A stretch of DNA of 64,000 bases from Desulfatiglandales bacterium (GCA_963666345.1 OY762721.1:3488001-3552000); one strand, 5' to 3'. Counted from the stretch's first letter, positions 40,563 to 49,670 are shown. The notes: generated by a model from the letters alone, not told the origin. Translations and numbers: made by a program.

Positions 40563-40768
40563 GATGCGGCAAAACCCCGGGATCTTTGGATAGCACAAGG
40601 CATAAAAGTCGCTATTGCAAAAAATCGCCAAAAGACAATGAGCAGGGCTTCCAATGCTTGCGGTATTGCCGCTTGATGATGGATGGTTTAGATAGAGATT
40701 GATTGACCTTTTCCGCTCGCTGTTTTAAAAAAAACACTATAACAAACGGTTTCTCTCAGGGAGTGTAT

Positions 40769-41020
40769 ATGAATGCATACAAAAAGGCGGGTATGCTGGA
40801 ACATGAATTTGAGGCACAGCTGGTTGATTCGGTGCTCAATGAGCGGGGCATACCTCACCTCATAAGATCGTACCATGACACCGCCTTTGACGGACTCTAC
40901 CAGACCCAGAAAGGGTGGGGTTATGTGAGCGGCCCTGAGCAGTATGTCGATGAGATAAAGGAGATCCTCTCAAGTATCAGAAAATATCCCGCGCCGGCCG
41001 ATGAAGAGGGCCCCCTGTAA
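40769..41020 (+). CDS. Small hypothetical protein (DUF2007-like)
   Basis: EFEAQL..SVL.ERGIP..IRSYHDTAFDG..Q.QKGWG; GGAG RBS. Confidence 0.6.
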   Translation: MNAYKKAGMLEHEFEAQLVDSVLNERGIPHLIRSYHDTAFDGLYQTQKGWGYVSGPEQYVDEIKEILSSIRKYPAPADEEGPL

Positions 41021-42072
41021 TGAATACGCTCAGGGCCTGCGTGGTTATTGCCGCCTTTTTCTTCTTCCTTTCTTCCCCCGCATTCGGAATGGAGACCTCA
41101 ACCCAGGAGAAGAGCTGGACCTTCAGCTTTTATTTTGAAAACGATCTGTTCACCGGATCGGATCAGAATTACACAAACGGCGTGAAACTGTCCTGGATGT
41201 CCCCTGATCTCAGGACATACGAGGAAAGCGGGAGCCTGCCCGAATTCACCCTTCCCGCGGTCAGATTTCTTCCGTTTGTAAATGAACCTGAATCGATACA
41301 GAGGAATATCTCCCTTGCCATAGGCCAGAGCATGTATACACCTGAGGAGATCTCAGGGAGCGACCTGATCATCGATGACCGCCCCTATGCGGGATGGACA
41401 TATCTTGCGATCGGGTTTCACAGCAGGAGCGTGTCGAAACAGGACTCCCTCGAATTTCAGATGGGTCTTGTGGGCCCCGAATCGTTCGCCGAGCAGGCCC
41501 AGACCATCGTGCATGAAATAGGCGGGTATCAGAAACCGAACGGCTGGGACAACCAGCTCAAGAACGAGCCGGGTCTTGAGGTGATATATGAAAGAAAGGT
41601 ACGGCTATGGCGACATGAATACTCAGGCGGATTCGGCTCAGACCTGATAGCTCACCTGGGCGGGGCCTTGGGAAATGTCTACACATACGGTAACGTCGGC
41701 ATGGTGGGGCGCATCGGGTGGAATATCCCCCTTGATTTCGGCACGGCCCTTATAAGGCCCGCGGGAGATACCAACGCCCCGCTCGGCGGCAGCGATCCCA
41801 GATTTTCTTCAATAAGGAAGCTGAGCCTTCACCTCTTTGCAGGAGTCGATGTCAAAGGAGTTTTAAGGGATATCTTTCTTGACGGAAATACCTTTACGGA
41901 CAGCCACAGCGTTGACAAGAAGAACCTGGTGGCCGATTTTGTGACCGGAATAAGCTTTATACTCTGGAAGATGAAGTTCTCCTTGTCCCATGTCTTGAGG
42001 ACAAAGGAGTTTTGCGGCCAGAAGCAGAATCACCAGCGATTCGGGTCGGTCAACCTGTCTTTTTCATATTAG
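41020..42072 (+). CDS. Outer-membrane lipid A deacylase LpxR/DUF2219 family
   Basis: Signal peptide, FENDLF..D.NYTNG, GQ.MYTP, DRPYAGW, GWDNQL.NE, terminal aromatic residue. Confidence 0.85.
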   Translation: MNTLRACVVIAAFFFFLSSPAFGMETSTQEKSWTFSFYFENDLFTGSDQNYTNGVKLSWMSPDLRTYEESGSLPEFTLPAVRFLPFVNEPESIQRNISLAIGQSMYTPEEISGSDLIIDDRPYAGWTYLAIGFHSRSVSKQDSLEFQMGLVGPESFAEQAQTIVHEIGGYQKPNGWDNQLKNEPGLEVIYERKVRLWRHEYSGGFGSDLIAHLGGALGNVYTYGNVGMVGRIGWNIPLDFGTALIRPAGDTNAPLGGSDPRFSSIRKLSLHLFAGVDVKGVLRDIFLDGNTFTDSHSVDKKNLVADFVTGISFILWKMKFSLSHVLRTKEFCGQKQNHQRFGSVNLSFSY

Positions 42073-42106
42073 ATATCTGCCGGATAAACATCTTGAGGAG
42101 GAAAAA

Positions 42107-42487
42107 ATGGATATCGCCCTATATATCGTATCCTTGGTATGGATAGCCATGGGGGCCTTTCTCGTCATATACACCGGGCAGGCAAGGTCATTTATAAAGG
42201 GGGTGTTTCCGCCTTCAAGGGCAAAGGTCTTTGCCGTAATTCCCTTTGCCTTCGGGGTGGTCCTTGTCATTGGGGCCTTTTACAGGACCCAGATGTTCTG
42301 GCTTGCCTTTGTCCTGGGGCTTCTCGGTATCCTGAAAGGGATCTTCCTTTTTCTGGGGCCGTCGGACAGGATAGCCGCCCTCATGCAGTGGTGGTACGGC
42401 AAGGCGAGTGACAGGGTGGTCAGGACGGGCGGGCTTATCGCCTTTTTCCTTGGAAGTGTGATATTTTCCTATATCAGACAGGGGTAA
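42107..42487 (+). CDS. Small membrane protein (4 TM)
   Basis: Hydrophobic ORF with strong GAGGAGG RBS. Confidence 0.65.
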   Translation: MDIALYIVSLVWIAMGAFLVIYTGQARSFIKGVFPPSRAKVFAVIPFAFGVVLVIGAFYRTQMFWLAFVLGLLGILKGIFLFLGPSDRIAALMQWWYGKASDRVVRTGGLIAFFLGSVIFSYIRQG

Positions 42488-42572
42488 AGAAAGGATAAAC
42501 GCACGCCTTCAAAGACAAAGCCTTGCGCCATACCGGGGCTGTCCTGTGGAAATTTTCCCACCGCGGAGAATC

Positions 42573-43232
42573 TTATTTCCTGAAATCCCGGATGAATCTG
42601 TCCGATGATTCTATGGAATCGTTCATACGCCTTATAAGGCCGTCTATTTTGTCCTGTAGGACTGAAAACTCCGATTTTAGAGAACCGATGGCCTGGGCAT
42701 TCAGGTTGTGTTTTAAAAAAAGGACATTATCGCGAAAGGCGGCAAGTACGGGTGCCATGCTTTTTTCCGCCCTCTTCATTTTTACAAGCATCTTTCTGTA
42801 CTGCAATCTGGTGGCATCAAGCTTTTCCCCGCTTGATTTCTTCATCTCCCGGTTCTCATAAAGGTCAAGTTCCTTCCGCCACTCTTCAAACAGGGCATCG
42901 GCAACCGATTCCACCTTGTCTATCTTTGCCGAGACCCTCTGGGCAGCATTCCTGCAGTCTTCATGCTCGGCATTAAGGGTTTCATAGGCTTTTTTCAGGT
43001 CAGTATCCCTTATCTGCACGATAGACTCAAAGCGTTCAAGTGCAGATTTGAATTGCTCCTGGGCCTGTTTCTGTGAGTCTCTTGCGCCTTCAACCCGATC
43101 GACCAGGATATCCCGTTTGTGCACGCCCGCCTTTTCCATCGCGTCGTAGTAGACCTTTGTGCAGCCGTTCAAAGAGATAAGAGAAAGAGCGTATATAGCG
43201 ATAAGTGCGAACAGCTTTCTGCTGATCTTCAT
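42573..43232 (-). CDS. DUF2959-family lipoprotein
   Basis: Lipobox LNGC, YYDAMEK.GVHKRDILVDRV, LKHNLNAQAI. Confidence 0.85.
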   Translation of the reverse strand: MKISRKLFALIAIYALSLISLNGCTKVYYDAMEKAGVHKRDILVDRVEGARDSQKQAQEQFKSALERFESIVQIRDTDLKKAYETLNAEHEDCRNAAQRVSAKIDKVESVADALFEEWRKELDLYENREMKKSSGEKLDATRLQYRKMLVKMKRAEKSMAPVLAAFRDNVLFLKHNLNAQAIGSLKSEFSVLQDKIDGLIRRMNDSIESSDRFIRDFRK

Positions 43233-43494
43233 AATCAAAAAATCTCCTCTGGAATCTTTTGTTACCCGGCTATTTGTTTTTGGCTATTACCCATACCGCA
43301 TGAATTATCCCCGGCAGATACCCAAGAATGGTAAGTATTATGTTTAACCAGAAATGTTTCCCAATACCCACCTGAAGAAAGACTCCAAGGGGAGGAATCA
43401 GAACCGCGATTATGATCTTTATTATTTCCATACAACCTCCTGTGATTTAAAAACCGATTTTTTCTGAAATTTTTTGATAAAAGGTCCGCGGGTC

Positions 43495-45639
43495 TCAGAG
43501 GTTACCGTACGCATCCACTATGGACGCAAGAAACCTGTTCTCCTGTTTTGACAGGTCGGGATCAAGCGCCAGGATCTCCCGGGCCTCGCTTTTTGCCGCC
43601 TCAAGGAGTACGTGTTCCCTGAGCATCTCCGAGAAATCAAGTTCTCCGGCCCCCGCCTGCCTTGTGCCCATGAACTGCCCCTGCCCCCTTGCCTCAAGAT
43701 CCTTTGAGGCTATCTCAAAGCCGTCGTTGCTTGCCACAATCACCTTGAGCCGGGCAAGCGCCTCCTCAGAAACCCTGTCCGATCCGATAAGAAGACATAC
43801 CCCCTGTCGCGAGCCGCGTCCCACCCTGCCTCTCAGCTGATGAAGCTGGGCAAGCCCGAACCGCTCCGGGTGCTCCACCACCAGCAGTGTGGCATTCGGG
43901 GCATGAACCCCCACCTCCACCACGGTGGTTCCTACCAGAAGATCGAGCTCCGCCTTTCTGAACGCCTCCATGATCCGGTCTTTTTCCCGGCCCGGGATCC
44001 TGCCGTGGATCAGCTCCACCCTGAAGCGGGCTGAAAAAAGCCTTTTCAGGCTCTCATACATCTCAGTTGCGTTTTTGAGATCCTCTTCCTCACTTTCCTC
44101 GATCACGGGGCATACCACAAGGACCTGCTCGTTTTTCTCCATCCTGTCTCTTACCGTGTTAAAGATCTTTCTTTTTTTACCCTCATCGACAAGATGTGTG
44201 ATAACAGTCCTTCTGCCTTCAGGCATCTGTCTTATTGTGGTGATGTCCAGGTCCCCGTATATGGTCATGGCAAGGGTGCGGGGGATAGGGGTGGCGGTCA
44301 TTACAAGGAGATGCGGGTTATGCCCCTTTTTGTTCAGAAGATTTCTCTGCCTTACCCCGAAGCGGTGCTGCTCGTCTATTATGACAAGGCCGAGCCTTGA
44401 AAAGGTGACCGCCTCCTGAATGAGGGCCTGGGTGCCGATCACCAGGTTGTAGGACCCCTTTTCAATGTCCCGGTAAAGCTCAAGCCGGCTCTTTTTGTCA
44501 AGTGCGCCTGTAAGGAGCACCGGCCTGAATCCCAGTTTGGGGGAAAGCTCCGAAAAATAGGCGAAGTGCTGTCCTGCCAGGACCTGCGTGGGTGACATAA
44601 GGGCTGTCTGAAGCCCGTTTTTTGCGGCAGCGCACGCGGCCGCAGCCGCCACAACGGTCTTTCCGCAGCCCACATCCCCCTGAAGGAGCCTGCTCATGGG
44701 CGAGCCGTTTTGAAGGTCATCCATGATCTCCCTGATCGCATTTACCTGGTCCCGGGTGAATTTGAAAGGAAACGCCTTTTGAAATTCCTTCAGCAGGTCT
44801 TCGGGTATCAAAAGGGTTATGCCCTTTTTCGCCCTGCGCCTTTTTGCCATGGCGCATATCCTCAGCATGACCCCCAGGAACCTTCCGAATACGATCCTTT
44901 TGTGATAGGGGGTATCTTCGCTGATGAGCCTCTCATACGGGATGTCATCCGGCGGAAAGTGGAGTTTTTCAAGTGTTTCAAGAAACCCGGGAAGGTTGTG
45001 TCTTTCAAGGATATCCGCGGGGATCGGATCTCTTACCGCCCCCTTGAAACGATTAAGCGCCTCCCGCACGACCGAGCGCACGACATGGGCGGATATTCCT
45101 TCGATTGCCGGGTAGACCGGATAATAACCGAGAAGGGAGCCGTCATCCTGCTGCTCCTTGATATCTGAGATGTCGGGATGGGCCATCTGCCGCCTTTTAC
45201 CTGTGATCCTTACCGTGCCGTACGCCCTTATCTCAAGACCCTGCTCCGCGTAGGCGGAAAGGTGGGATTTTCTGTAGTTAAACCAGATAAGCTCGATCCT
45301 TCCGGTATCATCCTCTATGATAATCTTGAAAAGCCCCTTACCTCTCCTGAGCGGTCTTTCCTCCCTTGAGTAGACCACTTTTCCCTTGACCAGTGCCTTT
45401 TGGGTATCAGAGGTGTCTTCCATGGGGGTGATACGGCTCCTGTCTTCATATCTTGAAGGCAGGAACTCAAGGAGATCCCCTATGGAGCTTATCCCGCGCC
45501 TGTAAAAGGCCGACTCCCTTGTAGGGCCTATGCCTTTGAGGGTGTTGAGCGGTCTTGAAAGATCAGGCATATCCGGAAAGCTTACGGTGCTGTTCATGGT
45601 TTTTACTCGACTTGAAAATTTTTCCTTTGAATCCCGCAT
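43495..45639 (-). CDS. recG: ATP-dependent DNA helicase RecG
   Basis: LQGDVGCGKT, DEQHRFG, MTATPIPRT, QLHQLRGRVGRG, DGFEIA..DL..RG; start may be 45597. Confidence 0.95.
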   Translation of the reverse strand: MRDSKEKFSSRVKTMNSTVSFPDMPDLSRPLNTLKGIGPTRESAFYRRGISSIGDLLEFLPSRYEDRSRITPMEDTSDTQKALVKGKVVYSREERPLRRGKGLFKIIIEDDTGRIELIWFNYRKSHLSAYAEQGLEIRAYGTVRITGKRRQMAHPDISDIKEQQDDGSLLGYYPVYPAIEGISAHVVRSVVREALNRFKGAVRDPIPADILERHNLPGFLETLEKLHFPPDDIPYERLISEDTPYHKRIVFGRFLGVMLRICAMAKRRRAKKGITLLIPEDLLKEFQKAFPFKFTRDQVNAIREIMDDLQNGSPMSRLLQGDVGCGKTVVAAAAACAAAKNGLQTALMSPTQVLAGQHFAYFSELSPKLGFRPVLLTGALDKKSRLELYRDIEKGSYNLVIGTQALIQEAVTFSRLGLVIIDEQHRFGVRQRNLLNKKGHNPHLLVMTATPIPRTLAMTIYGDLDITTIRQMPEGRRTVITHLVDEGKKRKIFNTVRDRMEKNEQVLVVCPVIEESEEEDLKNATEMYESLKRLFSARFRVELIHGRIPGREKDRIMEAFRKAELDLLVGTTVVEVGVHAPNATLLVVEHPERFGLAQLHQLRGRVGRGSRQGVCLLIGSDRVSEEALARLKVIVASNDGFEIASKDLEARGQGQFMGTRQAGAGELDFSEMLREHVLLEAAKSEAREILALDPDLSKQENRFLASIVDAYGNL

Positions 45640-45769
45640 AAATCCCTTGCCTGCGGGGGTACGTTTTTAACCGGTCTTGCCGGCCGCACGAATCGGAAAA
45701 CGGCGGTTTATGCATTTGCACTAAGTAGAATATAGGAAAGGATTCAAGTATTCAAGAGGGCTTGCGCTT

Positions 45770-45892
45770 ATGCGTGCCTGTCTCATCGAGGGAAAGGTGG
45801 AAGAGGACTTTGGCGTAGTTAACATGACGGTCAACTGGATAGGGCCTCTTGACAGGATCGTGAGGCACCGACCTGTCAGCCGTGCCGTATAA
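45770..45892 (+). pseudogene. Short fragment resembling the C-terminal OB-fold end of a DNA polymerase III alpha (DnaE2-like) subunit
   Basis: LIEGKVEEDFGVVNMTVNWIGPLD; recognised by eye only; no upstream gene body. Confidence 0.45.
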
Positions 45893-46065
45893 GGGTCCCA
45901 AGACACCTTGCGATAAGACTGATACTTTTTGCCGCCCTTTGCTTTCACTTTTACTTATGTCATGAAATTCGATTCTTTAGCCCTTTTATATCAATTACTT
46001 CAAAAATATTTTTCAAAAATGTTTTATATTTATTTTTATGGTCTAAATACGTTTTATCAAAAGAT

Positions 46066-46630
46066 ACGCTGAAGACCACGGGCGTAAGCCCGTGGATGAA
46101 AGCGTTTTTTGAAAGTAGCTCAGAAATATAAATGATATTGGAATTATGATAAGCTAATGTAATGGAGATAAGATTAAGTGGTCACGGAGCATACCATCAC
46201 CAATATCATGTTGTATGGATCCCCAAGTATCGTAAAAAGGTACTGAAAGGTGAATTAAAAGAGTTTGTTGAAAAACATCTTTTTGATATCCAAGGCTATC
46301 ATCCTGATGTTGAGATAAAGAATTATAGTATTCAAAAAGATCATATTCACTTGGTAATAATCATTCCCCCCAGATATTCAGTTTCTGGTGTGGTTGGTAA
46401 GATAAAGGCCAATACAAGCAGACAGATTCGTAAAGAATTTGACTGGGTAAAAGATATATACTGGCGTAATGAGTTTTGGTCCCCTGGATTTTTCTCATTT
46501 ACAGTTGGAATCAATGAAGAGGTGATAAGAAAGTATATAGAATATCAAGAAAAGGCCAATAAGGGCCAAGTTCAACTAAGTTTAGATCTAAAGCCATAAA
46601 GTGCCACGGGCGTAAGCCCGTGGGTATCTA
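46066..46630 (+). mobile_element. IS200/IS605-family element (tnpA only)
   Basis: Identical hairpins CCACGGGCGTAAGCCCGTGG at 46076-95 and 46604-23 flank tnpA; exact ends uncertain. Confidence 0.9.
46162..46599 (+). CDS. tnpA: IS200-type HUH Y1 transposase
   Basis: YHVVWIPKYR, DHIH, IPPRYSVS, FWSPG, KYIEYQ. Confidence 0.93.
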   Translation: MEIRLSGHGAYHHQYHVVWIPKYRKKVLKGELKEFVEKHLFDIQGYHPDVEIKNYSIQKDHIHLVIIIPPRYSVSGVVGKIKANTSRQIRKEFDWVKDIYWRNEFWSPGFFSFTVGINEEVIRKYIEYQEKANKGQVQLSLDLKP

Positions 46631-46635
46631 CTTCT

Positions 46636-46855
46636 ATGCTTAAAATTATTCCAAGACATGTTTTTTCAACCCTTGAAAGACAGCACGGCACAGGCGGAAA
46701 ACCCCGCTCCTTTAGCCGATGGAATCAATTCGCCCATCTGATGTTTATGCAGCTGACCTCCAGAGTGCGCCTCAGAGACGGTATCCAAAGCTTGGTGGGC
46801 AAAATCTAAAAGTGCAGGCCTATGGAAAACCGAAAACCCTATACCGCCATGGAAG
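46636..46855 (+). pseudogene. IS4-family transposase N-terminal (DUF4372-like) remnant
   Basis: LKIIPRHVF..L...H....KPRSFSRWNQF..L.F.QLT.R..LRD, stop at 46807. Confidence 0.7.
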
Positions 46856-46880
46856 TGGCGCAAGAACGGGGAATAAGCAC

Positions 46881-46946
46881 ATGCAACATAAGGTTTGCAC
46901 GGGATCGCGGCAGACCCACCGCTCCCCGTGAAACCTGCCGATAGGG
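46881..46946 (+). other. Degenerate integron attC-like site
   Basis: ATGCAAC, then stem AGGTTT(G)CACGGG/CCCGTGAAACCT with an unpaired G, inner GCGG/CCGC, then GATAGGG (GTT core altered). Confidence 0.55.
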
Positions 46947-47064
46947 CCGACGCTGCGCGCGACCCTATCGGGGCGGGGCTATGAATAGTCCGCGCGTCCT
47001 ATCCAGCGGTCGGAGACGACAATCCCGTGGACAAGCAAGCTTGCCCGTTGGCCTTAAGATGATC

Positions 47065-47103
47065 TTGACAAAATGACCTCTTATATGTACATTATGGTGT
47101 ACA
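47065..47103 (+). promoter_or_regulatory. Toxin-antitoxin promoter with paired TGTACA operator
   Basis: TTGACA (47065), 17 bp, TACATT (47088); TGTACA at 47086 and 47098. Confidence 0.8.
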
Positions 47104-47128
47104 TTACGAATGATTCGGAGGTGTTCCT

Positions 47129-47362
47129 ATGAAAACAGTTACTTTTACAGATTTTCGTAAAAAGGCATCAGGCTTTATAGCTGAGGTAGAACATGGGGAA
47201 ACAATTATCCTTTTGCGCCGTGGAAAGCCCGTTGCGGAAGTAATCCCGTTTTCTGACAGGCTGCAAGAAATACCAGCCTGGAAAAAGCCTGGTATTCGCT
47301 TAAAGTTGCAGGGAAGCGATCTGTCGTCCGCCATTTTGGAAGAACGAGAAGCGGCGGCATGA
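47129..47362 (+). CDS. Phd/YefM-family antitoxin
   Basis: MKTVTFTDFRK..S..I.EVE.GE.I...RRGKPVA; GGAGG RBS. Confidence 0.88.
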   Translation: MKTVTFTDFRKKASGFIAEVEHGETIILLRRGKPVAEVIPFSDRLQEIPAWKKPGIRLKLQGSDLSSAILEEREAAA

Positions 47363-47787
47363 AATTATTAGTTGATTCATCGGCATTTGCGAAAAGGTAT
47401 GTACAAGAACACGGCAGTGAAGATATGGAATCTCTTCTGCAACGTGCTTCAGAGTTAGCGGTTTGTATAATTTTGGTGCCCGAAATTATCTCCGGACTTA
47501 ACCGAAGACTGAGAGAGCAAATTTTATCGACTAATGACTACCGGAAGTTAAAAAATCAACTTTTAGAAGATGTCCATGATGCGACTGTGATTCAGATAAC
47601 GCCATCAGTAATTTCTCATTCAGTGAAGCTTTTAGAAAATAATGTCTTACGAGCGATGGATTCCTTCCATGTGGCTTGCGCATTAGAATGGCAGGCAGAT
47701 CTTTTTATAACATCAGACAAAAGACAATTAACAGCTGCAAAAAATGCCGGGCTTCTGACTGAATTCATAGGTCAACAAGACGCTTGA
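47359..47787 (+). CDS. VapC-family PIN-domain toxin
   Basis: VDSSAFAKRY..E.GS, E, LRAMDSFHVA.A, FITSD..Q; ATGA overlap with the antitoxin. Confidence 0.88.
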   Translation: MKLLVDSSAFAKRYVQEHGSEDMESLLQRASELAVCIILVPEIISGLNRRLREQILSTNDYRKLKNQLLEDVHDATVIQITPSVISHSVKLLENNVLRAMDSFHVACALEWQADLFITSDKRQLTAAKNAGLLTEFIGQQDA

Positions 47788-47798
47788 GCGGACTGGCT
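47770..47798 (+). other. Left half of an attC-like site overlapping the toxin stop
   Basis: GGTCAAC-AAGAC-GCTTGAGC-GGAC fits the R''-5-L'' layout; no matching right half. Confidence 0.45.
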
Positions 47799-48140
47799 AT
47801 TGAGATGACGTGCCGAATCAGTGAATTTGGGGTCGGTCTGAGATAACTCCATGAAATGACTTATAAAGAAGTCTGAAAAGGGCCAAAAATAAGGTCTATA
47901 TCGCCATTTTTTGATGCCGAAAAAGGCATTATAGGTTTGTCGCGGGGAACCACCGCTGTTTGCCACAAAAAAAGGGTTTAAGTCTGCTCTCGACCGTTGA
48001 AATTAAAATGAGGTACCGCAAAATCCATTACAGTGCGGTAAGCGGTATCATTGAAAGGGTGAAACAAACTTAGATCATTTCCAAAAGAGTTGGTCTAAAT
48101 GAAGGTTTCGAGTGGTCAAGGGGCCGCGGGTTCGAGTGAA

Positions 48141-48506
48141 AAGCTTAAAGATCATAGGCAGCTAAACGTTAGACAAAAATCGCATACACCTTGTTTGCAT
48201 ATGTATGAAGGAGTTAAACGTTTTTTTAAAGATGAGCAATACTATTTTACCTCCCTAATCAGAAGATCCGCTGTTTTCATATCAAGGGACACCGCCCAAG
48301 GGTATGGGAGAAAAACGGCTATAGAGTATGCGCGATTTCTCTATATTGCATATGGTTCAGTCTGTGAATTGGAAACCCGGGACATAACATCAGCTGAGCT
48401 GGGTTATTTAAAAGAAAAAAGGCTTTGAAAATTAAGAAGAAAAACAGGGTATGTCGGGGCAATGTTCAAAGAAATGATCAAATCCCTGGAAAGAAAACCC
48501 TTGAAA
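48141..48506 (+). pseudogene. Four-helix-bundle protein pseudogene
   Basis: Start codon lost, LNV.QKS, IRRSAV, GYGRKT, RFLYIAYGSVCELET, internal TGA at 48426. Confidence 0.82.
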
Positions 48507-48572
48507 CCGGGAACCCGCCCTGAGCTGGCCGAAGGGTGGGACTGCGCGAAGCGTAAGCGAAGCAAAGAATCC
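48503..48572 (+). repeat. ~60-bp hairpin repeat, copy 4
   Basis: Identical to 14337-14406. Confidence 0.9.
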
Positions 48573-48735
48573 TTGAATCCTTGGGTCCTTGGCCACTCTT
48601 CGACAACTAAGTTGGAGAAAAACCAAAAATAATAATATGGGGCAAATAATTTGATATGTAAAAGGAAGAATTCGCCAAAAATATTGACAAAAATCAAAGG
48701 CAGACTTGACTTCCAAAAAGAATAGAGAGGAAAAA

Positions 48736-49023
48736 ATGAATGCTGGTGTAATCGGAGGAATTATTGGCGGCATTATTGGTGTTATCGGAGGGGTTATCGG
48801 AACCTATTTCAGTATCAAAAATACAAATGGGCCCAAAGAACGGGCCTTCATGATAAAAGCTTCGGGGATATTCTGGGTTCTCGGTATAATTTTCATAACT
48901 CTTCTTTTTCTTCTCCCATCTCCATATAAATGGTTTATATGGCTTCCGTATGGTATTTTATTTCCAATAAGTATTCGTTTTGTAAACAGGAAACTGGAGC
49001 AAATAAAGCGAGATGAGTCATGA
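48736..49023 (+). CDS. Small membrane protein, hypothetical
   Basis: GAGG RBS; GGIIGGIIG..GTYFSIKNT.GP.ER; three hydrophobic segments; AT-rich. Confidence 0.7.
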   Translation: MNAGVIGGIIGGIIGVIGGVIGTYFSIKNTNGPKERAFMIKASGIFWVLGIIFITLLFLLPSPYKWFIWLPYGILFPISIRFVNRKLEQIKRDES

Positions 49024-49432
49024 TGCAGCAGGTATTTCTGTGAAGGGAAAAATGATTGACCGGCAGGCATTTATTGAATTCTGGCAGAAACGATATAATC
49101 CCAGAATGACTTTTTTATTTTTGGTTGTATATGTTGCTGGGATCATATGCTGTTTTTTACCTGCAACGAAAAAGATGAATGAGCATCCTGTTTTCACGGT
49201 TGCATGGTTTGTCCTCTTCTTCGCGTACTTACTTGGGATGCCGTTCCTCTGGAACAGGATTTGGTACGGGAGGCCGAATCCACAATTTTTAAAGTGTCCG
49301 GTTTGCAAAAGACCCCTTGGGCGCATCAGGCAGCTTGTTATCGCCACCGGTAAGTGTGGTCATTGCGGAAATCAAATATTAACAGGCTGCGAAGACGCTT
49401 CACCGGACGACGATTCCGGCCTGCTCCATTGA
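49013..49432 (+). CDS. Two-TM protein with C-terminal zinc ribbon, hypothetical
   Basis: CPVC...CGHC; start uncertain; 3' end runs into an attC-like site. Confidence 0.6.
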   Translation: MSHDAAGISVKGKMIDRQAFIEFWQKRYNPRMTFLFLVVYVAGIICCFLPATKKMNEHPVFTVAWFVLFFAYLLGMPFLWNRIWYGRPNPQFLKCPVCKRPLGRIRQLVIATGKCGHCGNQILTGCEDASPDDDSGLLH

Positions 49433-49456
49433 CGACGTTGAGCTTAAGCTTTATGG
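49384..49456 (+). other. Degenerate integron attC-like site
   Basis: GCTTCACCGGACGACGATTCC...CTCCATTGACGACGTTGAGC...TTTATG: imperfect palindrome in attC layout with both cores eroded. Confidence 0.55.
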
Positions 49457-49485
49457 CTCGAATATTGTTCCTTGGCAACTCAATG

Positions 49486-49517
49486 AAAAAGGGGCCACCC
49501 ATTGATGGGTGCCCCCC
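49486..49517 (-). terminator. GC-rich hairpin with A-tract (possible minus-strand terminator or REP-like)
   Basis: AAAAA-GGGG(C)CACCCAT-TG-ATGGGTG-CCCC. Confidence 0.4.
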
Positions 49518-49670
49518 CAAGATCCTCCCAAATAAAGATTCGAGGTTGTTTCCAAACCCATAAGCAGTAAGCTTTGCAGCCTATTATGCCGAAAAAATCG
49601 GTGCTCAACTCCGCATTGAAAATCAATGTCTTGGTCATCCGAGAACTTGAAACAGAGGAGGGCAACTGAA

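Larger units (their letters stand above)
48072..48624 (+). mobile_element. Four-helix-bundle cassette, copy B
   Basis: Left end AGATCATTTCCAAAAGAGTTGG, right end CAACTAAGTTGGAGAAAAACC; collinear with 13899-14458. Confidence 0.7.
47997..48717 (+). repeat. Copy of the 50439-50600 sequence, split by cassette B
   Basis: 48025-68 CCATTACAGTGCGGTAAGCGGTATCATTGAAAGGGTGAAACAAA and 48625-717 join to match 50472-50600. Confidence 0.8.

Noticed and set aside
46939..47050. Hairpins CGATAGGG...CCCTATCG and GGACAAGCAAGCTTGCCC as a separate element family
   Set aside because: Each is single-copy here, so family status cannot be supported
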